Counted from the stretch's first letter, positions 32,909-44,022 are shown. The stretch: 64,000 nt of DNA from Polyangiaceae bacterium (GCA_965222375.1 CBDCTZ010000016.1:2784001-2848000), one strand, 5' to 3'. Numbers and translations: made by a program. Notes: generated by a model from the letters alone, not told the origin.

Positions 32909-35713
32909 ATGGCCGATCCCTGGCCCAACACTCTGAGCCTCCCCTTCGTTGAAGAGCTTTATCAACGCTTCCTGACAGACCCGGGATCCGTTGATGCGAG
33001 CTGGCGTAGCTACTTCGAGCGTATGCCGCGGGACGCCTTCATGGGCGCTCCGCAAATCGGTCCGCGTTTCGAGGCGCGCAGCGTCTTCAATCCAGAGAAT
33101 GGTCGTGCGCGGAGTAACGGTGCCGGCATTGCTGGAGATCCCTTCGAGGTCGCTGTCCGTCAAGATCGTGTTGACCAGTTGGTGCGCGCGTATCGCGTCC
33201 GGGGTCATATGGTCGCTCAAGTCGACCCACTTGGATTGCCGCGTTCGGACCAACCCGAGCTGCACCCGGAGTTCTATGGGTTGACGAACGTCGACCTAGA
33301 TCGCGTGTTTTCCAGCCGGACCATCTCGGGTGCCTCCACGCTGACGTTACGTCAGATTCTCGATCGACTTCGCGCCACATACTGCCGCTCCATCGGCGTG
33401 CAATTCATGCACATCGACGATCTTTCCGTGAAGCAGTGGCTTCAGGATCGCATGGAGCTCGAGGAAGACCGCACTCGCCTCAGCCGCGACGAGCAGCTGC
33501 GGATCCTCACCAAACTCACCGACGCCGTGATCTTCGAAGAGTTCATCCAGAAGAAATACCTCGGCGCCAAGAGCTTCTCTCTCGAAGGCTCCGAGAGTCT
33601 GATCCCGCTACTCATCTTCGCCATTGAACGGGCAGCAGAACACGGCGTTGACGAAGTGGTTTTGGGCATGGCCCACCGTGGTCGTCTGAACGTGCTCGCG
33701 AACATCTTGGGGAAGAGCGCCCGAGCGATCTTCCGCGAGTTCGATGACCGGGATGCCAAGCTCTACTTGGGCAGCGGTGACGTCAAATACCACATGGGTT
33801 ACAGCTCGGATTACGTCGCTGCCAACGGCAATCGCGTGCATCTGTCCTTGTGTTTCAACCCCAGTCACCTGGAGTTCGTGAACACGGTCGTGCAGGGTAG
33901 GGTTCGCGCCAAGCAAGATCGCGTCGGCGACACGGAGCGCAGCCGCAAGGTCGGGCTGCTCATCCACGGGGATGCTGCCTTCGCCGGAGAAGGCATCGTG
34001 CAGGAGACCCTCAATCTGAGTGAGCTGCACGCGTATCGTACGGGCGGTACCATCCACGTGATCGTGAACAACCAGATCGGTTTCACGACGCCACCGCAAC
34101 AGAGTCGCTCCAGCGTGTACGCGACCGATGTCGCGAAGATGCTCCAGATACCGATTTTCCACGTCAACGGCGAGGACCCCGACGCCGTGGCGGAAGTGAT
34201 TCGCCTTGCGTCGGATTTTCGCGCCACATTTCAGCGGGACGTCGTGATCGACATGTACGGCTACCGAAGGCACGGTCACAACGAGGGTGACGAACCGTCC
34301 TTCACTCAACCCGTGCTGTATGCGGCCATCGCCCAGCGCAAGAGCGTGCGGGACGGCTACCTGGAGCACCTGTCTCGGCTTGGTGGCGTCAGTCGAGAGG
34401 AAGCAGACCAAATCGCCGTCCAGCGTCGGGAGCATCTAGAGGGCGAGCTGGATCAGGCGCGGACCGCCGACTACGTGCGAAGATCGGATTGGCTCGGCGG
34501 TTACTGGCAGGGCTACTGCGGCGGGCCCGAGGCGGATGTGCCCGAGGTGGATACCTGCGTCGACGCCGATCGACTCGCGCTGCTACTGGGCAAGCTCACC
34601 GAGCTGCCGGCGGACTTCAAAGCCCACCGCAAGATCGAGAGGCTCTTGGTGCTTCGCCGAGAGATGGGTCGCGGGGATCGCCCCCTGGATTGGGGCACCG
34701 CAGAGCAACTCGCTTTCGCCACGTTGGCTACGAGCGGCGTACGCATTCGATTCACCGGTCAAGACGCCAGCCGAGGCACTTTCAGTCATCGGCACACCCG
34801 CTTCTACGACGTGGAAGACGGCCACGCCTTCATGCCCCTCGCCCACTTGGCGCCCTCCCAGGGGGTGGTCGAGATCTACAACAGCGCCCTGTCTGAAGCT
34901 GGCGTGTTGGGTTTCGAGTACGGCTTTTCCCTGGATTGGCCTGATGGCCTCGTGGTTTGGGAAGCGCAGTTCGGGGATTTCGTGAATACCGCGCAGGTGA
35001 TCATCGATCAGTTCATCACCAGTGCCGAAGACAAGTGGAAGCGGCTTTCGGGGCTCGTCATGCTGCTGCCCCACGGCTTTGAAGGCCAAGGCCCGGAGCA
35101 CTCTAGCGCGCGGCTGGAGCGGTTCTTGATGCAAGCTGCGGAAGAGAACATTCAGATCGCACAGCCCACGACACCCGCTCAACATTTTCACCTGCTGCGG
35201 CGCCAGGTCCTCAGGCCATGGCGCAAACCGCTGATCGTGTTCTCACCCAAGAGCCTGTTGCGCCACCCCCGCGCGACTAGCAGCTTGCAAGAATGCGCCG
35301 AGGGGCAATTCCAGCGGATCATACCGGACACCAGCGTCAACCCTCGGGAGGTCACCCGCGTTCTGATGTGTAGCGGGAAGATCTATTACGAGCTGCTTGC
35401 GCACCGCGAAAAGGAGAGTCGGGACGACGTCGCCATCGTGCGTATCGAGCAACTCTACCCGCTGCCGGAGGCGTTTCTGAGGGAGTCGCTCAGCAGTTAC
35501 GCAGCGGACGTGGACGTGGTGTGGGTGCAAGACGAGCCCGAGAATATGGGTGCTTGGCGGTACTTGCGCGGCCGCTTCGGTGGGAGGCTGTTCCGCCGGC
35601 ACGCGTTTTCCTGTGTGTCCCGCGAAGAATCCGCTAGCCCCGCGACAGGGTCGCCCGCCGCGCACAAGCTGGAGCAAAAATCGATAATAGAGCAGGCGTT
35701 CTCGCGGGGCTGA
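32909..35713 (+). CDS. sucA: 2-oxoglutarate dehydrogenase E1
   Basis: GMAHRGRLN, GDVKYH, NPSHLE, HGDAAFAGEG, WEAQFGDF, GQGPEHSS. Confidence 0.96.
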   Translation: MADPWPNTLSLPFVEELYQRFLTDPGSVDASWRSYFERMPRDAFMGAPQIGPRFEARSVFNPENGRARSNGAGIAGDPFEVAVRQDRVDQLVRAYRVRGHMVAQVDPLGLPRSDQPELHPEFYGLTNVDLDRVFSSRTISGASTLTLRQILDRLRATYCRSIGVQFMHIDDLSVKQWLQDRMELEEDRTRLSRDEQLRILTKLTDAVIFEEFIQKKYLGAKSFSLEGSESLIPLLIFAIERAAEHGVDEVVLGMAHRGRLNVLANILGKSARAIFREFDDRDAKLYLGSGDVKYHMGYSSDYVAANGNRVHLSLCFNPSHLEFVNTVVQGRVRAKQDRVGDTERSRKVGLLIHGDAAFAGEGIVQETLNLSELHAYRTGGTIHVIVNNQIGFTTPPQQSRSSVYATDVAKMLQIPIFHVNGEDPDAVAEVIRLASDFRATFQRDVVIDMYGYRRHGHNEGDEPSFTQPVLYAAIAQRKSVRDGYLEHLSRLGGVSREEADQIAVQRREHLEGELDQARTADYVRRSDWLGGYWQGYCGGPEADVPEVDTCVDADRLALLLGKLTELPADFKAHRKIERLLVLRREMGRGDRPLDWGTAEQLAFATLATSGVRIRFTGQDASRGTFSHRHTRFYDVEDGHAFMPLAHLAPSQGVVEIYNSALSEAGVLGFEYGFSLDWPDGLVVWEAQFGDFVNTAQVIIDQFITSAEDKWKRLSGLVMLLPHGFEGQGPEHSSARLERFLMQAAEENIQIAQPTTPAQHFHLLRRQVLRPWRKPLIVFSPKSLLRHPRATSSLQECAEGQFQRIIPDTSVNPREVTRVLMCSGKIYYELLAHREKESRDDVAIVRIEQLYPLPEAFLRESLSSYAADVDVVWVQDEPENMGAWRYLRGRFGGRLFRRHAFSCVSREESASPATGSPAAHKLEQKSIIEQAFSRG

Positions 35714-35745
35714 GTGCCGAATGAACCAAGGAGAGAAGTGAACTC

Positions 35746-37032
35746 ATGGCCGTCGAGTTGAAAGTTCCGAGCGTGGGCGAGTCGATCACCGAAGTCCAGA
35801 TCGGAGACTGGCTGAAGGGTGTGGGCGACGCTGTGCGTCGTGATGAAACCCTCGTCATGATCGAGACGGACAAGGTCACCGTCGAGCTTCCCGCCCCGAC
35901 CGACGGCGTGATGGCCGAGATCCGCGTCAAGTCGGGGGAGATGGCCACGGTGGGAGACGTCATTGGTGTCATGAACGAGGGCGCGGCTGCCGCGCCCCAG
36001 CCGAGCGCCACGGTGGCTCAGAGTGATGCGCAGTTTCCGGCTCCGGAGCCCACGCCGGATCCCCCGACTCAGCCCTTGGAGGCAGCGGCCGCGGTGCCGC
36101 CCGCCGAAAAGAAGAAGGTGGGTGTGGAGTCCCTTCCGCCCCAGGGCTTCGCGCGGGTTATGCCAAGCGCAAAGCGCGTCATGGCTCAAGCAGGCCTTAG
36201 CCCTGAGCAGGTCGAAGGGACGGGTCCAGGCGGGCGCATTCTCAAAGAGGACGCAATGCGGGCGGAAGCCAGCCCAGCGGCGCCGGCGCCCCCAGCGATG
36301 CCTGCTGTCGCCCAGCCTCCAGTGACACCCGGCGAAAACGAAGAAGTCGTCGCGATGAGCCCCATGCGCCGCCGCATCGCCGAGCGCTTGGTTCAATCGC
36401 AACAGACCGCCGCGCTACTCACGACCTTCAACGAGATCGACATGAGTGCCGTGATTGCGCTGCGCAAGGAGTACCAGCCGAAATTCCTGGACAAGCACGG
36501 CATCAAGCTCGGCTTCATGTCCTTCTTCGTAAAAGCCGCGGTGGAGGCTCTGAAGCTCATCCCTGCTGTTAACGCGGAGATTCGCGGTACCGACATCGTC
36601 TACAAGAACTTCTTCGACATTGGCGTCGCCGTCGGCGGTGGCAAGGGCTTGGTAGTCCCCGTGATCCGAGCTGCGGATCGCCTGGGCTTCGCCGAGGTGG
36701 AGCTGACCATTGCCGAGCTTGGCAAGCGCGCCAAAGAAAACAAGTTGAAGCTGGATGAGTTGATGGGTGGGACGTTCACCATCTCCAACGGCGGCATCTA
36801 CGGGTCGCTGATGTCCACGCCCATCGTGAACCCACCTCAGAGTGGGATCCTGGGCCTGCACGCCATCCAAGATCGCCCCATGGCTCGTGACGGTCAGGTC
36901 GTGATCTTGCCCATGATGTATGTCGCCCTGACCTATGACCACCGCATCGTCGACGGCCGAGAAGCGGTTACGTTTCTCAAACGCATCAAAGAGTGCATCG
37001 AAGATCCCGCTCGCATCCTGCTCGAGGTTTGA
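35746..37032 (+). CDS. sucB: Dihydrolipoyllysine succinyltransferase E2
   Basis: Lipoyl domain [23 protein letters not shown]. Confidence 0.96.
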   Translation: MAVELKVPSVGESITEVQIGDWLKGVGDAVRRDETLVMIETDKVTVELPAPTDGVMAEIRVKSGEMATVGDVIGVMNEGAAAAPQPSATVAQSDAQFPAPEPTPDPPTQPLEAAAAVPPAEKKKVGVESLPPQGFARVMPSAKRVMAQAGLSPEQVEGTGPGGRILKEDAMRAEASPAAPAPPAMPAVAQPPVTPGENEEVVAMSPMRRRIAERLVQSQQTAALLTTFNEIDMSAVIALRKEYQPKFLDKHGIKLGFMSFFVKAAVEALKLIPAVNAEIRGTDIVYKNFFDIGVAVGGGKGLVVPVIRAADRLGFAEVELTIAELGKRAKENKLKLDELMGGTFTISNGGIYGSLMSTPIVNPPQSGILGLHAIQDRPMARDGQVVILPMMYVALTYDHRIVDGREAVTFLKRIKECIEDPARILLEV

Positions 37033-37139
37033 GCTCGCCTTCGGCCGTCGCCACGCTTCGTGAAGGCCAAGTTGAGCGGCGCTTGAATTCTCTCTGAGCA
37101 CTGCCGAAGTGCCCTGGTTATCGACGCCGTCCTGGCCTA

Positions 37140-37764
37140 TTGAAGGAGTGTGAAACTGGGACGCGGTATTGGGAGCGTGGTCACGAATCCGGGGATCCGG
37201 TCGGCTACGTCTACGCCCGGGCGATCAATGCGCCTGCTTCGGACCCAGGCACGGAAATCGTGAGCGTGGATCAAGGGACCCACGGTGAAGTCAAAGCGTT
37301 TGTCGCGGGCGCGAGCGCTCTATACTGGTACACGATCGATGGGGGTGCCGACGAGGTACGTACCACGCCTCTCTCCGGTGGCACTCCAACGGCAGTACCG
37401 GTGGGTACTATCGCCTCTGGCTTGACCAACTCCCGCGTCGTGCTCCGCACGATGGGCAATACGCTTTATTGCAACCAGGAGGTTGGAACGTCCTTTGCGA
37501 ACGGCATCTATCGTTGGGCACCTGGGGACGCTGCCGGCACCCAATTGGTCGTCTACGAGGGCGTGCGAGACTTCCTGGTGGATGCAAATTTCATCTACTA
37601 CACCGACGGTGGCAACAAGACCTTCAAGGCCCCCATCGTTGGCGGTGCGGGTGTCGAGATAGCCGGTGTCGGGGGGCACCAAGTTCATTCACCAGGATGC
37701 CGACTCCATCTACCTGACCAAGAGCACCTGCTGCGTGACCAGCATTTATCGGATCCTGAAGTAG
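37140..37764 (+). pseudogene. Beta-propeller-like (DUF5050-like) gene fragment with frameshift in a G6 run
   Basis: Repeats of the xLYWY/IYYT type. After GGGGGG (37671-37676) another frame reads GTKFIHQDADSIYLTKSTCCVTSIYRILK* to 37764. No clear start or signal peptide. Confidence 0.5.
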
Positions 37765-37768
37765 GAGC

Positions 37769-38653
37769 TCAGGGCTGCGCGCAAACCAGGTTCAGTCGCA
37801 AGGAGATTGCCGCGAGTTTCGGCGCGTCGTCCTTGCGCGGGATCCGACGCATGAGCCCGATCATCAAGGCTACCCAGGCCAAGCCGTTCTGCCTCTGCAC
37901 GGAGCCCAATTCCGTCGTGTCCCACTCCTCGGGGCGCAGCTGTTGGAGGGCAGCCTCGAAGTAGGCGCGGTTGCTCGCCTCGTCGAGTTCGAGCCCCGCC
38001 GCAGCGAGCTCGTCGCTAAATGAGCGGAGAGCTTCCCACTGCGCCCGCCGCCCCTCCGGAAGCCGAATATCCACGGCACGAGTCCACTGAAGTCGCTCGC
38101 TTTCCTGCGCCTGCACGTACTTGATCTCGACGCGGGACCAGTCGTAGCGGAACGCCCGCGATTCGTTGGTGATGGTGACGCTCTTGCCCCGGCGTTCTCT
38201 CTCATCGATGAAGGTGAGCAAATGACCTGTTGTCGCAAACACGCGCTCCACCTTCTCGCCGTCGACGCTCAAGCTGACATCGCTGCCGAGTTCCTTTAGG
38301 TACGGTGAGGCAGCCGCGCTGACGCCCGTCTTGGCCTGCCTCGCTCGTGCTTGGGCCCACTCCAAGCACTTCGTCGCGGGCAGACTGCCGCAGCTGCAGA
38401 TCTCTGTGGCTATCGGCCACGCGCGGCGCTGTTTCGATTGGGTGAAAGCGGCCGTGCGTAGTGCAGCATGGCTTGGTGCGAAACTTTCGAGTGTTCCCTT
38501 GTCGCACGTCGCCGCGGGTTCCAGTCGAAGCACACGCGGCTCTTTGCGCGCCTGGGTCGGCTTGGGTGAGGATGGTGCGCCACCGGCCACGGTGCAGCCG
38601 GTGGTAGCGCATGTCAGCAATAGAACGCTCCTCGATGACCTCAGCAGCGCCAT
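37769..38653 (-). CDS. Hypothetical lipoprotein
   Basis: Signal-like N-terminus with TTGC; 294-aa ORF filling the gap. Confidence 0.55.
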   Translation of the reverse strand: MALLRSSRSVLLLTCATTGCTVAGGAPSSPKPTQARKEPRVLRLEPAATCDKGTLESFAPSHAALRTAAFTQSKQRRAWPIATEICSCGSLPATKCLEWAQARARQAKTGVSAAASPYLKELGSDVSLSVDGEKVERVFATTGHLLTFIDERERRGKSVTITNESRAFRYDWSRVEIKYVQAQESERLQWTRAVDIRLPEGRRAQWEALRSFSDELAAAGLELDEASNRAYFEAALQQLRPEEWDTTELGSVQRQNGLAWVALMIGLMRRIPRKDDAPKLAAISLRLNLVCAQP

Positions 38654-38842
38654 ACTCGCGAGTTCAGCTAGCCCTTCTTCGCACTCTTCGCAACTCGCGC
38701 GCCCGCGGCCCCCCCAGCGCGGGCAGCGCGGGGGCGATCTTTGTCGGTCAGAAGGAGCTCGAGTTGCGTTTGAGCCTAGCTCGCGGAGCGGCGAGTCAAG
38801 TTCCGTGCGCGCTGTCGCGAGTTAGGCTAGGCAACAGCACGC

Positions 38843-39634
38843 ATGCAGGCGGCCAACACCACGCCGAAAGCTGAGCTCATCGAGCAGTTCGAGGCTCTGG
38901 GCGTGACGCGCGGCGGCGTGTTGCTAGTTCACACCTCTTTTCGCGCCGTAGGCCCAGTGGAAGGTGGCCCGCTCGGGTTGATTGAGGCCCTTCGCGAAGC
39001 CCTCGGCAAAGAAGGCACCTTGGTGATGCCCTCCTGGTCCGACAGCGATGATGAACCCTTCGACGCAACCGAGACCGAGCCTGCTCCGGATCCGGGAGTC
39101 GTGCCGCGGATGTTTTGGCGCCTCCCGAACGTGCTTCGTAGCAACCACCCGCAGGCCTTTGCCGCTGTCGGGGCCCAGGCTGCGGAAGTGCTGCGGGATG
39201 GGTTGCCGCTTCCGCCTCACATTCCAGAGAGCCCGGTGGGTCGAGTGCACGAGCTGGGTGGTCAGGTTCTGTTGCTCGGCGTCAATCATGACGCCAACAC
39301 GACGATTCATCTGGCGGAGCTTTTCGCGCGGGTCGAGTATCGTACGCTCAAGCACTGCACCATCGTTCGAGACGGACAGCCAGTTCGAGTCGACTACGAG
39401 GAAAACGACCACTGCGGTAAGTGCTTCATCTTGGTAGACGAATGGCTTCGCGCCGAAGGGCTGCAATCTGAGGGACTCGTGGGCCACGCCGCTGCGAAAC
39501 TGGCGCGCTCACGGGATGTCGTTGGCGTGGTGGTGGACCACCTCCGCAAAGACCCGCTCCAGTTTCTGCATCCCAGCTCCGCCCGCTGCACCGAATGCGA
39601 TGCAGCTCGAAGGAGCGTGCCCGTGCCGGGCTGA
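38843..39634 (+). CDS. Aminoglycoside N(3)-acetyltransferase, AAC(3)-IV-like
   Basis: KAELI..LGVT.GGVLLVH.SFR, GPLGLIEALR, GTLVMPSWS..DDEPFD, FWRLPNV, LPLPPH, HDANTTIHLAE, ENDHC, FLHP....CTECDAAR. Confidence 0.9.
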   Translation: MQAANTTPKAELIEQFEALGVTRGGVLLVHTSFRAVGPVEGGPLGLIEALREALGKEGTLVMPSWSDSDDEPFDATETEPAPDPGVVPRMFWRLPNVLRSNHPQAFAAVGAQAAEVLRDGLPLPPHIPESPVGRVHELGGQVLLLGVNHDANTTIHLAELFARVEYRTLKHCTIVRDGQPVRVDYEENDHCGKCFILVDEWLRAEGLQSEGLVGHAAAKLARSRDVVGVVVDHLRKDPLQFLHPSSARCTECDAARRSVPVPG

Positions 39635-39840
39635 CGCGTTGGATGCCCCGCTGCGGGAAGCGCGCCCCTGCCTGCCCCAGGGATGCGACCCCAAAAACCA
39701 GGCCGCCGAAGGCGAGAACACGTGATTACGCCGCGTGCTGCCCAAAGTGTGGCCTGGGGCCACACTCGCGCCGGTCAATCGAAGAATCGCCGGAGATCAA
39801 GCAGATCCGAGGCGAACGGGACGACGGCACGGACCTTGCG

Positions 39841-40560
39841 ATGTTCTCCAACGTCATGCGTTTCTGTCTCGGCTTTGGGCTTCTCGTAGCGCTGTCCTTT
39901 TCCCCGTCGGCCGCTGGGGCCCGTCCCAACTCGGCTGACGACACCGTGGAGGCCACACTAGAGGAAACGTCCCGGGATGACGCTACAGAGCCGGAACCGG
40001 CTCCCCCGCCGCGCAAGCGCAAGCGCCCGGGAACGTTCTTCTTGGGTGAGCTCGGGGCGGGTGCGCTGTTCGGACCCGACGGCGGGCGGATGGTGGCGGG
40101 CACCTTCGGGGTCGGAGGCAAGTGGCGAGGCTTTCCTCCACGGTTTTATCTCATCGGTGAACTCGAGGCGGTCGGCGGCATGAGTCGTCAGGGTTACTAC
40201 GAGGACGGTACTCCGCTTCAGGACGAGCTGAGCATGTTTGCCATGGGCCTTGGGTTGCGTATGTACATTCCCTTGGCGGGCCCGCTGCGCCTGCTCACCG
40301 AGGCGACCGGGGGAAGCGTCAAGCTGACTGCCCGCGAAGTGTCAGATGCCGGCGTGTTCGAGGAGTCCATCAATCGCGGCTACTTCGCATTAGGCATCGG
40401 ACCGCAAGTACGGGTGTTGCATCATCTCTCTCTCGGCGCGCGCTTCGAGGCCATGTGGATCGACTACTCAGGGGTTTCCAGTGCTTCGAACCTCGCGAGG
40501 TGGGAGCCGAGTGCGTCGAGCCGCACCCGCGTGCTCGGCACGGCGACCTTTCACTTCTAG
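39841..40560 (+). CDS. Hypothetical exported protein, probable small outer-membrane beta-barrel
   Basis: Signal peptide, alternating amphipathic strands, terminal Phe (TATFHF). Confidence 0.6.
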   Translation: MFSNVMRFCLGFGLLVALSFSPSAAGARPNSADDTVEATLEETSRDDATEPEPAPPPRKRKRPGTFFLGELGAGALFGPDGGRMVAGTFGVGGKWRGFPPRFYLIGELEAVGGMSRQGYYEDGTPLQDELSMFAMGLGLRMYIPLAGPLRLLTEATGGSVKLTAREVSDAGVFEESINRGYFALGIGPQVRVLHHLSLGARFEAMWIDYSGVSSASNLARWEPSASSRTRVLGTATFHF

Positions 40561-40673
40561 CGCTGCCGCGGCATCGAGCTGCTGAGGCTAGTTCCAGGCT
40601 TGCGGCCCAGACATCTCTCCGGGTGCTAGAGAAACCCGCAGCGAGCGTGTAGAAGCGAAGCTGGAGGTGGACC

Positions 40674-42575
40674 GTGGCTTCAGCCCGAGGCAAAGGCCCG
40701 CAGTCGCAAGATCCTGGCGACGGTGGTTACGAAGACGAAACCGAGCCCTACGTGTCTCAGAAGCGACCAGAGCCCGACTTCGCGAGCACTCTCGAACTCT
40801 CGTCGGATGAGCTGATCGAGGTTGGCGAGCCCAACAACGAGCCGGTGCACTTCATGGGAAAGCCAGTGGGTGCGATGGACTTTGCCGATCGCTACGAGCG
40901 TGTGGAGCTGTTGGGTCGCGGCGGCATGGGCGTGGTGGACTTGGTCGAAGACCGTCAGGTAGGCCGAAGTGTTGCCATGAAGACTCTGATGGACCCGACG
41001 GAGGGTCGCGACAGTGTCGAGGAGCTACGCTTCATGCGGGAAGCCAGCATTCAGGGTCAGCTCGAGCACCCGACCATCCCGGCTGTGTACGACGTCGGGG
41101 TCAATCCCCGTGGACAAGCATACTTCACCATGCAGCGGGTGCGGGGGGTGACCTTGCACGACATATTCCGCAAACGCGCGGACGGCCGCGAGACGCACTT
41201 CTCCCTACGGCGCCTGCTCGAAGCCTTTGGTCGCGTGTGCCTGGCGGTGCACTTCGCCCATCACCGACGCGTCGTGCACCGGGATCTCAAACCCACGAAT
41301 ATCATGTTGGGTCGTTTCGGAGAGGTGCACGTCCTGGATTGGGGCATTGCACACCTGGCGGCCGAGGGACCCAATGCGGCCACCCAACAGGAGGTCACAT
41401 TGCACGACGTCTCAGTGCCGGCGGAAAGCCTGAGCTTGACCGGCGCCGGCCAGATGATCGGCACTATGGGTTACGCAGCACCCGAGCAGTTGAATCCCGA
41501 GTTTGGAGAGCGTGGACCCGCCATGGACATCTACTCCCTGGGGGCGATCCTGTTCGAGATCTTGTCCGGTGAACGTTTGCACCCTGACGATGAAATGGGT
41601 GCGGCCATGAGCACCTTGGAGGGGACTGCGGATCCTAGCCCATCGCACCGCAGTGGATCCCACGACATCGCGCGGGACTTCGACGCCATCTGCGCAAGGG
41701 CAACGGCTCTGGATCCGAAGAAGCGTTTTCGCACGGCGCGCCAGCTTCACGACGCCGTGGAGCACGTGCTGGACGCGCGTCTCGTCGGTACCGGACCAGT
41801 TGCCGAACCAAAGGATGGGAGGGTCACCGGAACCGAACCGAAAAAGTTTTTGCGCACCGAGACTCCGCAGACGCCAACTCGAGCCACGTCTTCCGAGGGT
41901 TTGGGGAGCGGTGCGGCCCAAGGGGAGGTGGCGACCAGCTTGGAAGAGGCTCACGACAAGCGTACTCGGCTCGTCGGGCGAGTGGCTGCGGTTGCGTACG
42001 CAAGCTTGGGGCTGTACTTGCCGCTGTTCTTGTGGGCAGGTGTCGCGAACGTTCGGTCGCTGATTGGTTTCTACGCGTTGGTGGTGGCCGCCGCCGTCAT
42101 CAGCTTCTGGGTCTCCCAGCAACGAAAACCAAGCAACTACTTGGTTGTCGTTGCGATGCTCACAAGTACAGGAGCGCTTGTTTCCTCTGCGACGCTATTC
42201 GGCGCTCTCGTACTCATGCCGGGTCTCGTTGCCTTGAACACGACAGGGTATTCTTTGGTGCTTCGCCAACCCTGGCGCAGCTTGAATATCGCTCTGGGCG
42301 TCGTGTGCGTTGCGATTCCGGGCTTGATGGAGCTTTGGGGTGATCGCTACTTGTTCGAGCCTACGTCGATCACAATCTACCCGCGCGCGGTTCTCTTCGA
42401 GCCCGCCCCAGCCTTGCTTATGTTGATCATCGGCGGCATCGCGACGGTGCTCACCGGCGCACTAGCGACCGCCATGGTGCGGCAGAGCCTCGACGACACT
42501 GAGCGGAAGTTGGGGACGCTCGCGTGGCAGCTGGAGCAGCGCCGCGGTCCGCCCAGTGGTGGCTCCTCCAATTGA
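40674..42575 (+). CDS. Membrane-anchored Ser/Thr protein kinase
   Basis: LGRGGMGVV, VAMK, HRDLKPTN, DWG, GTMGYAAPEQ, DIYSLG; several C-terminal TM helices. Confidence 0.92.
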   Translation: MASARGKGPQSQDPGDGGYEDETEPYVSQKRPEPDFASTLELSSDELIEVGEPNNEPVHFMGKPVGAMDFADRYERVELLGRGGMGVVDLVEDRQVGRSVAMKTLMDPTEGRDSVEELRFMREASIQGQLEHPTIPAVYDVGVNPRGQAYFTMQRVRGVTLHDIFRKRADGRETHFSLRRLLEAFGRVCLAVHFAHHRRVVHRDLKPTNIMLGRFGEVHVLDWGIAHLAAEGPNAATQQEVTLHDVSVPAESLSLTGAGQMIGTMGYAAPEQLNPEFGERGPAMDIYSLGAILFEILSGERLHPDDEMGAAMSTLEGTADPSPSHRSGSHDIARDFDAICARATALDPKKRFRTARQLHDAVEHVLDARLVGTGPVAEPKDGRVTGTEPKKFLRTETPQTPTRATSSEGLGSGAAQGEVATSLEEAHDKRTRLVGRVAAVAYASLGLYLPLFLWAGVANVRSLIGFYALVVAAAVISFWVSQQRKPSNYLVVVAMLTSTGALVSSATLFGALVLMPGLVALNTTGYSLVLRQPWRSLNIALGVVCVAIPGLMELWGDRYLFEPTSITIYPRAVLFEPAPALLMLIIGGIATVLTGALATAMVRQSLDDTERKLGTLAWQLEQRRGPPSGGSSN

Positions 42576-42639
42576 GCCTCACTGGTGTTTGGTTTTTTGG
42601 GCTGGCGCCAGCCGCGCCGCGAACGCTATACCCAGCGCC

Positions 42640-44022
42640 ATGCCGGAGCACGACTTGGTTGTCATTGGCGCTGGGCCTGGGGGCTATGTCGCGGCCATCC
42701 GAGCCGCCCAACTTGGCCTGAACGTCGCCTGTATTGAAAAGGAGCCGGCCTTGGGGGGCACGTGCCTACGAGTCGGCTGCATCCCGAGTAAGGCACTTCT
42801 CGAGGCCAGTGAGCGCTACGCCGAGGCGCGAGACCACCTGTCGGAGATGGGAATTGGCGTCGGGGACTTGCAGCTGGATCTGAGCAAGATGCTGGCGCGC
42901 AAAGACAGCATCGTGCGCGGCCTGACCCAGGGCGTTGCCGGCTTGTTCAAGAAGAACAAGGTCACCCGCTACCAAGGGCACGCACGATTCGTGGGGCCGA
43001 AGCGACTCTCCGTCGAGGGCGACCACAACGTCGATCTGGACGCAGAGCGCGTGTTGATCGCGACCGGCAGCAAAGTCGCCCCTCTGCGAGGAGTGCCTTT
43101 TTCCGGCGAAACCGTCGGCTCCAGTACAGAAGCGCTCGGGTATTCGCCGGTGCCTGAGCACCTGATCGTGATCGGTGCCGGCGTGATCGGGCTGGAATTG
43201 GGGAGTGTTTGGAATCGACTGGGCTCACGGGTCACGGTTCTCGAGTACTTGGACCGGATCCTGCCTGGAATGGATTCGGAACTCGCCAAGGAAGCGAAGC
43301 GCAGTTTCGAAAAGCAAGGCATGAGCTTTCGCTTGGGCACTCGGGTCACGGGCGCCCGAGTCGAAGGTGCGGGTGCCGTCGTCGAGATGGACGGCGCGGA
43401 GCCCATGGCGGCGGATCGGGTTCTGGTGGCTGTGGGGCGCCTGCCCAACACCGACGGCCTGGGCCTCGACGCCATCGGGGTTGCCGTGGACGAGCGAGGC
43501 CAGATCCCCGTGAACGGCCAGTTCGAGACCGCTCAATCGGGGGTCTACGCCATCGGGGATGTCATTGCAGGCCCGATGCTGGCCCACAAGGCCGAGGAAG
43601 AGGGCATCGCCTGCGTGGAGCACTTCGTCACCGGCTACGGTCACGTCAACTACGACGCAATTCCGTCCATCGTCTACACGCACCCAGAAATTGCCAGTGT
43701 CGGCAAGACCCAGGAAGAGCTCACGGAAGCGGGGCGCGAGTTCAACAAGGGCGTGTTTCCCTTCATGGCCAATGGTCGCGCGCGCGCCCTCGGTAGCATC
43801 GAGGGGCGCGTCAAGATTTTGGCGGATGCAAAAACCGACCGAATTCTCGGAGTGCACATCATTGGCCCACGCGCCGGGGATCTGATAGCCGAAGCTGCGG
43901 TCGCAATTGAATTCGGCGCGAGCGCAGAAGATCTAGCGCGCGCGTGTCATGCTCATCCGACTCTAGCCGAAGTCGTAAAAGAAGCCGCACTTGGTGCATT
44001 GGGCCGTAGCATTCATATCTGA
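42640..44022 (+). CDS. lpdA: Dihydrolipoyl dehydrogenase E3
   Basis: GAGPGGY, GGTCLRVGCIPSK, HAHPTLAE. Confidence 0.96.
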   Translation: MPEHDLVVIGAGPGGYVAAIRAAQLGLNVACIEKEPALGGTCLRVGCIPSKALLEASERYAEARDHLSEMGIGVGDLQLDLSKMLARKDSIVRGLTQGVAGLFKKNKVTRYQGHARFVGPKRLSVEGDHNVDLDAERVLIATGSKVAPLRGVPFSGETVGSSTEALGYSPVPEHLIVIGAGVIGLELGSVWNRLGSRVTVLEYLDRILPGMDSELAKEAKRSFEKQGMSFRLGTRVTGARVEGAGAVVEMDGAEPMAADRVLVAVGRLPNTDGLGLDAIGVAVDERGQIPVNGQFETAQSGVYAIGDVIAGPMLAHKAEEEGIACVEHFVTGYGHVNYDAIPSIVYTHPEIASVGKTQEELTEAGREFNKGVFPFMANGRARALGSIEGRVKILADAKTDRILGVHIIGPRAGDLIAEAAVAIEFGASAEDLARACHAHPTLAEVVKEAALGALGRSIHI

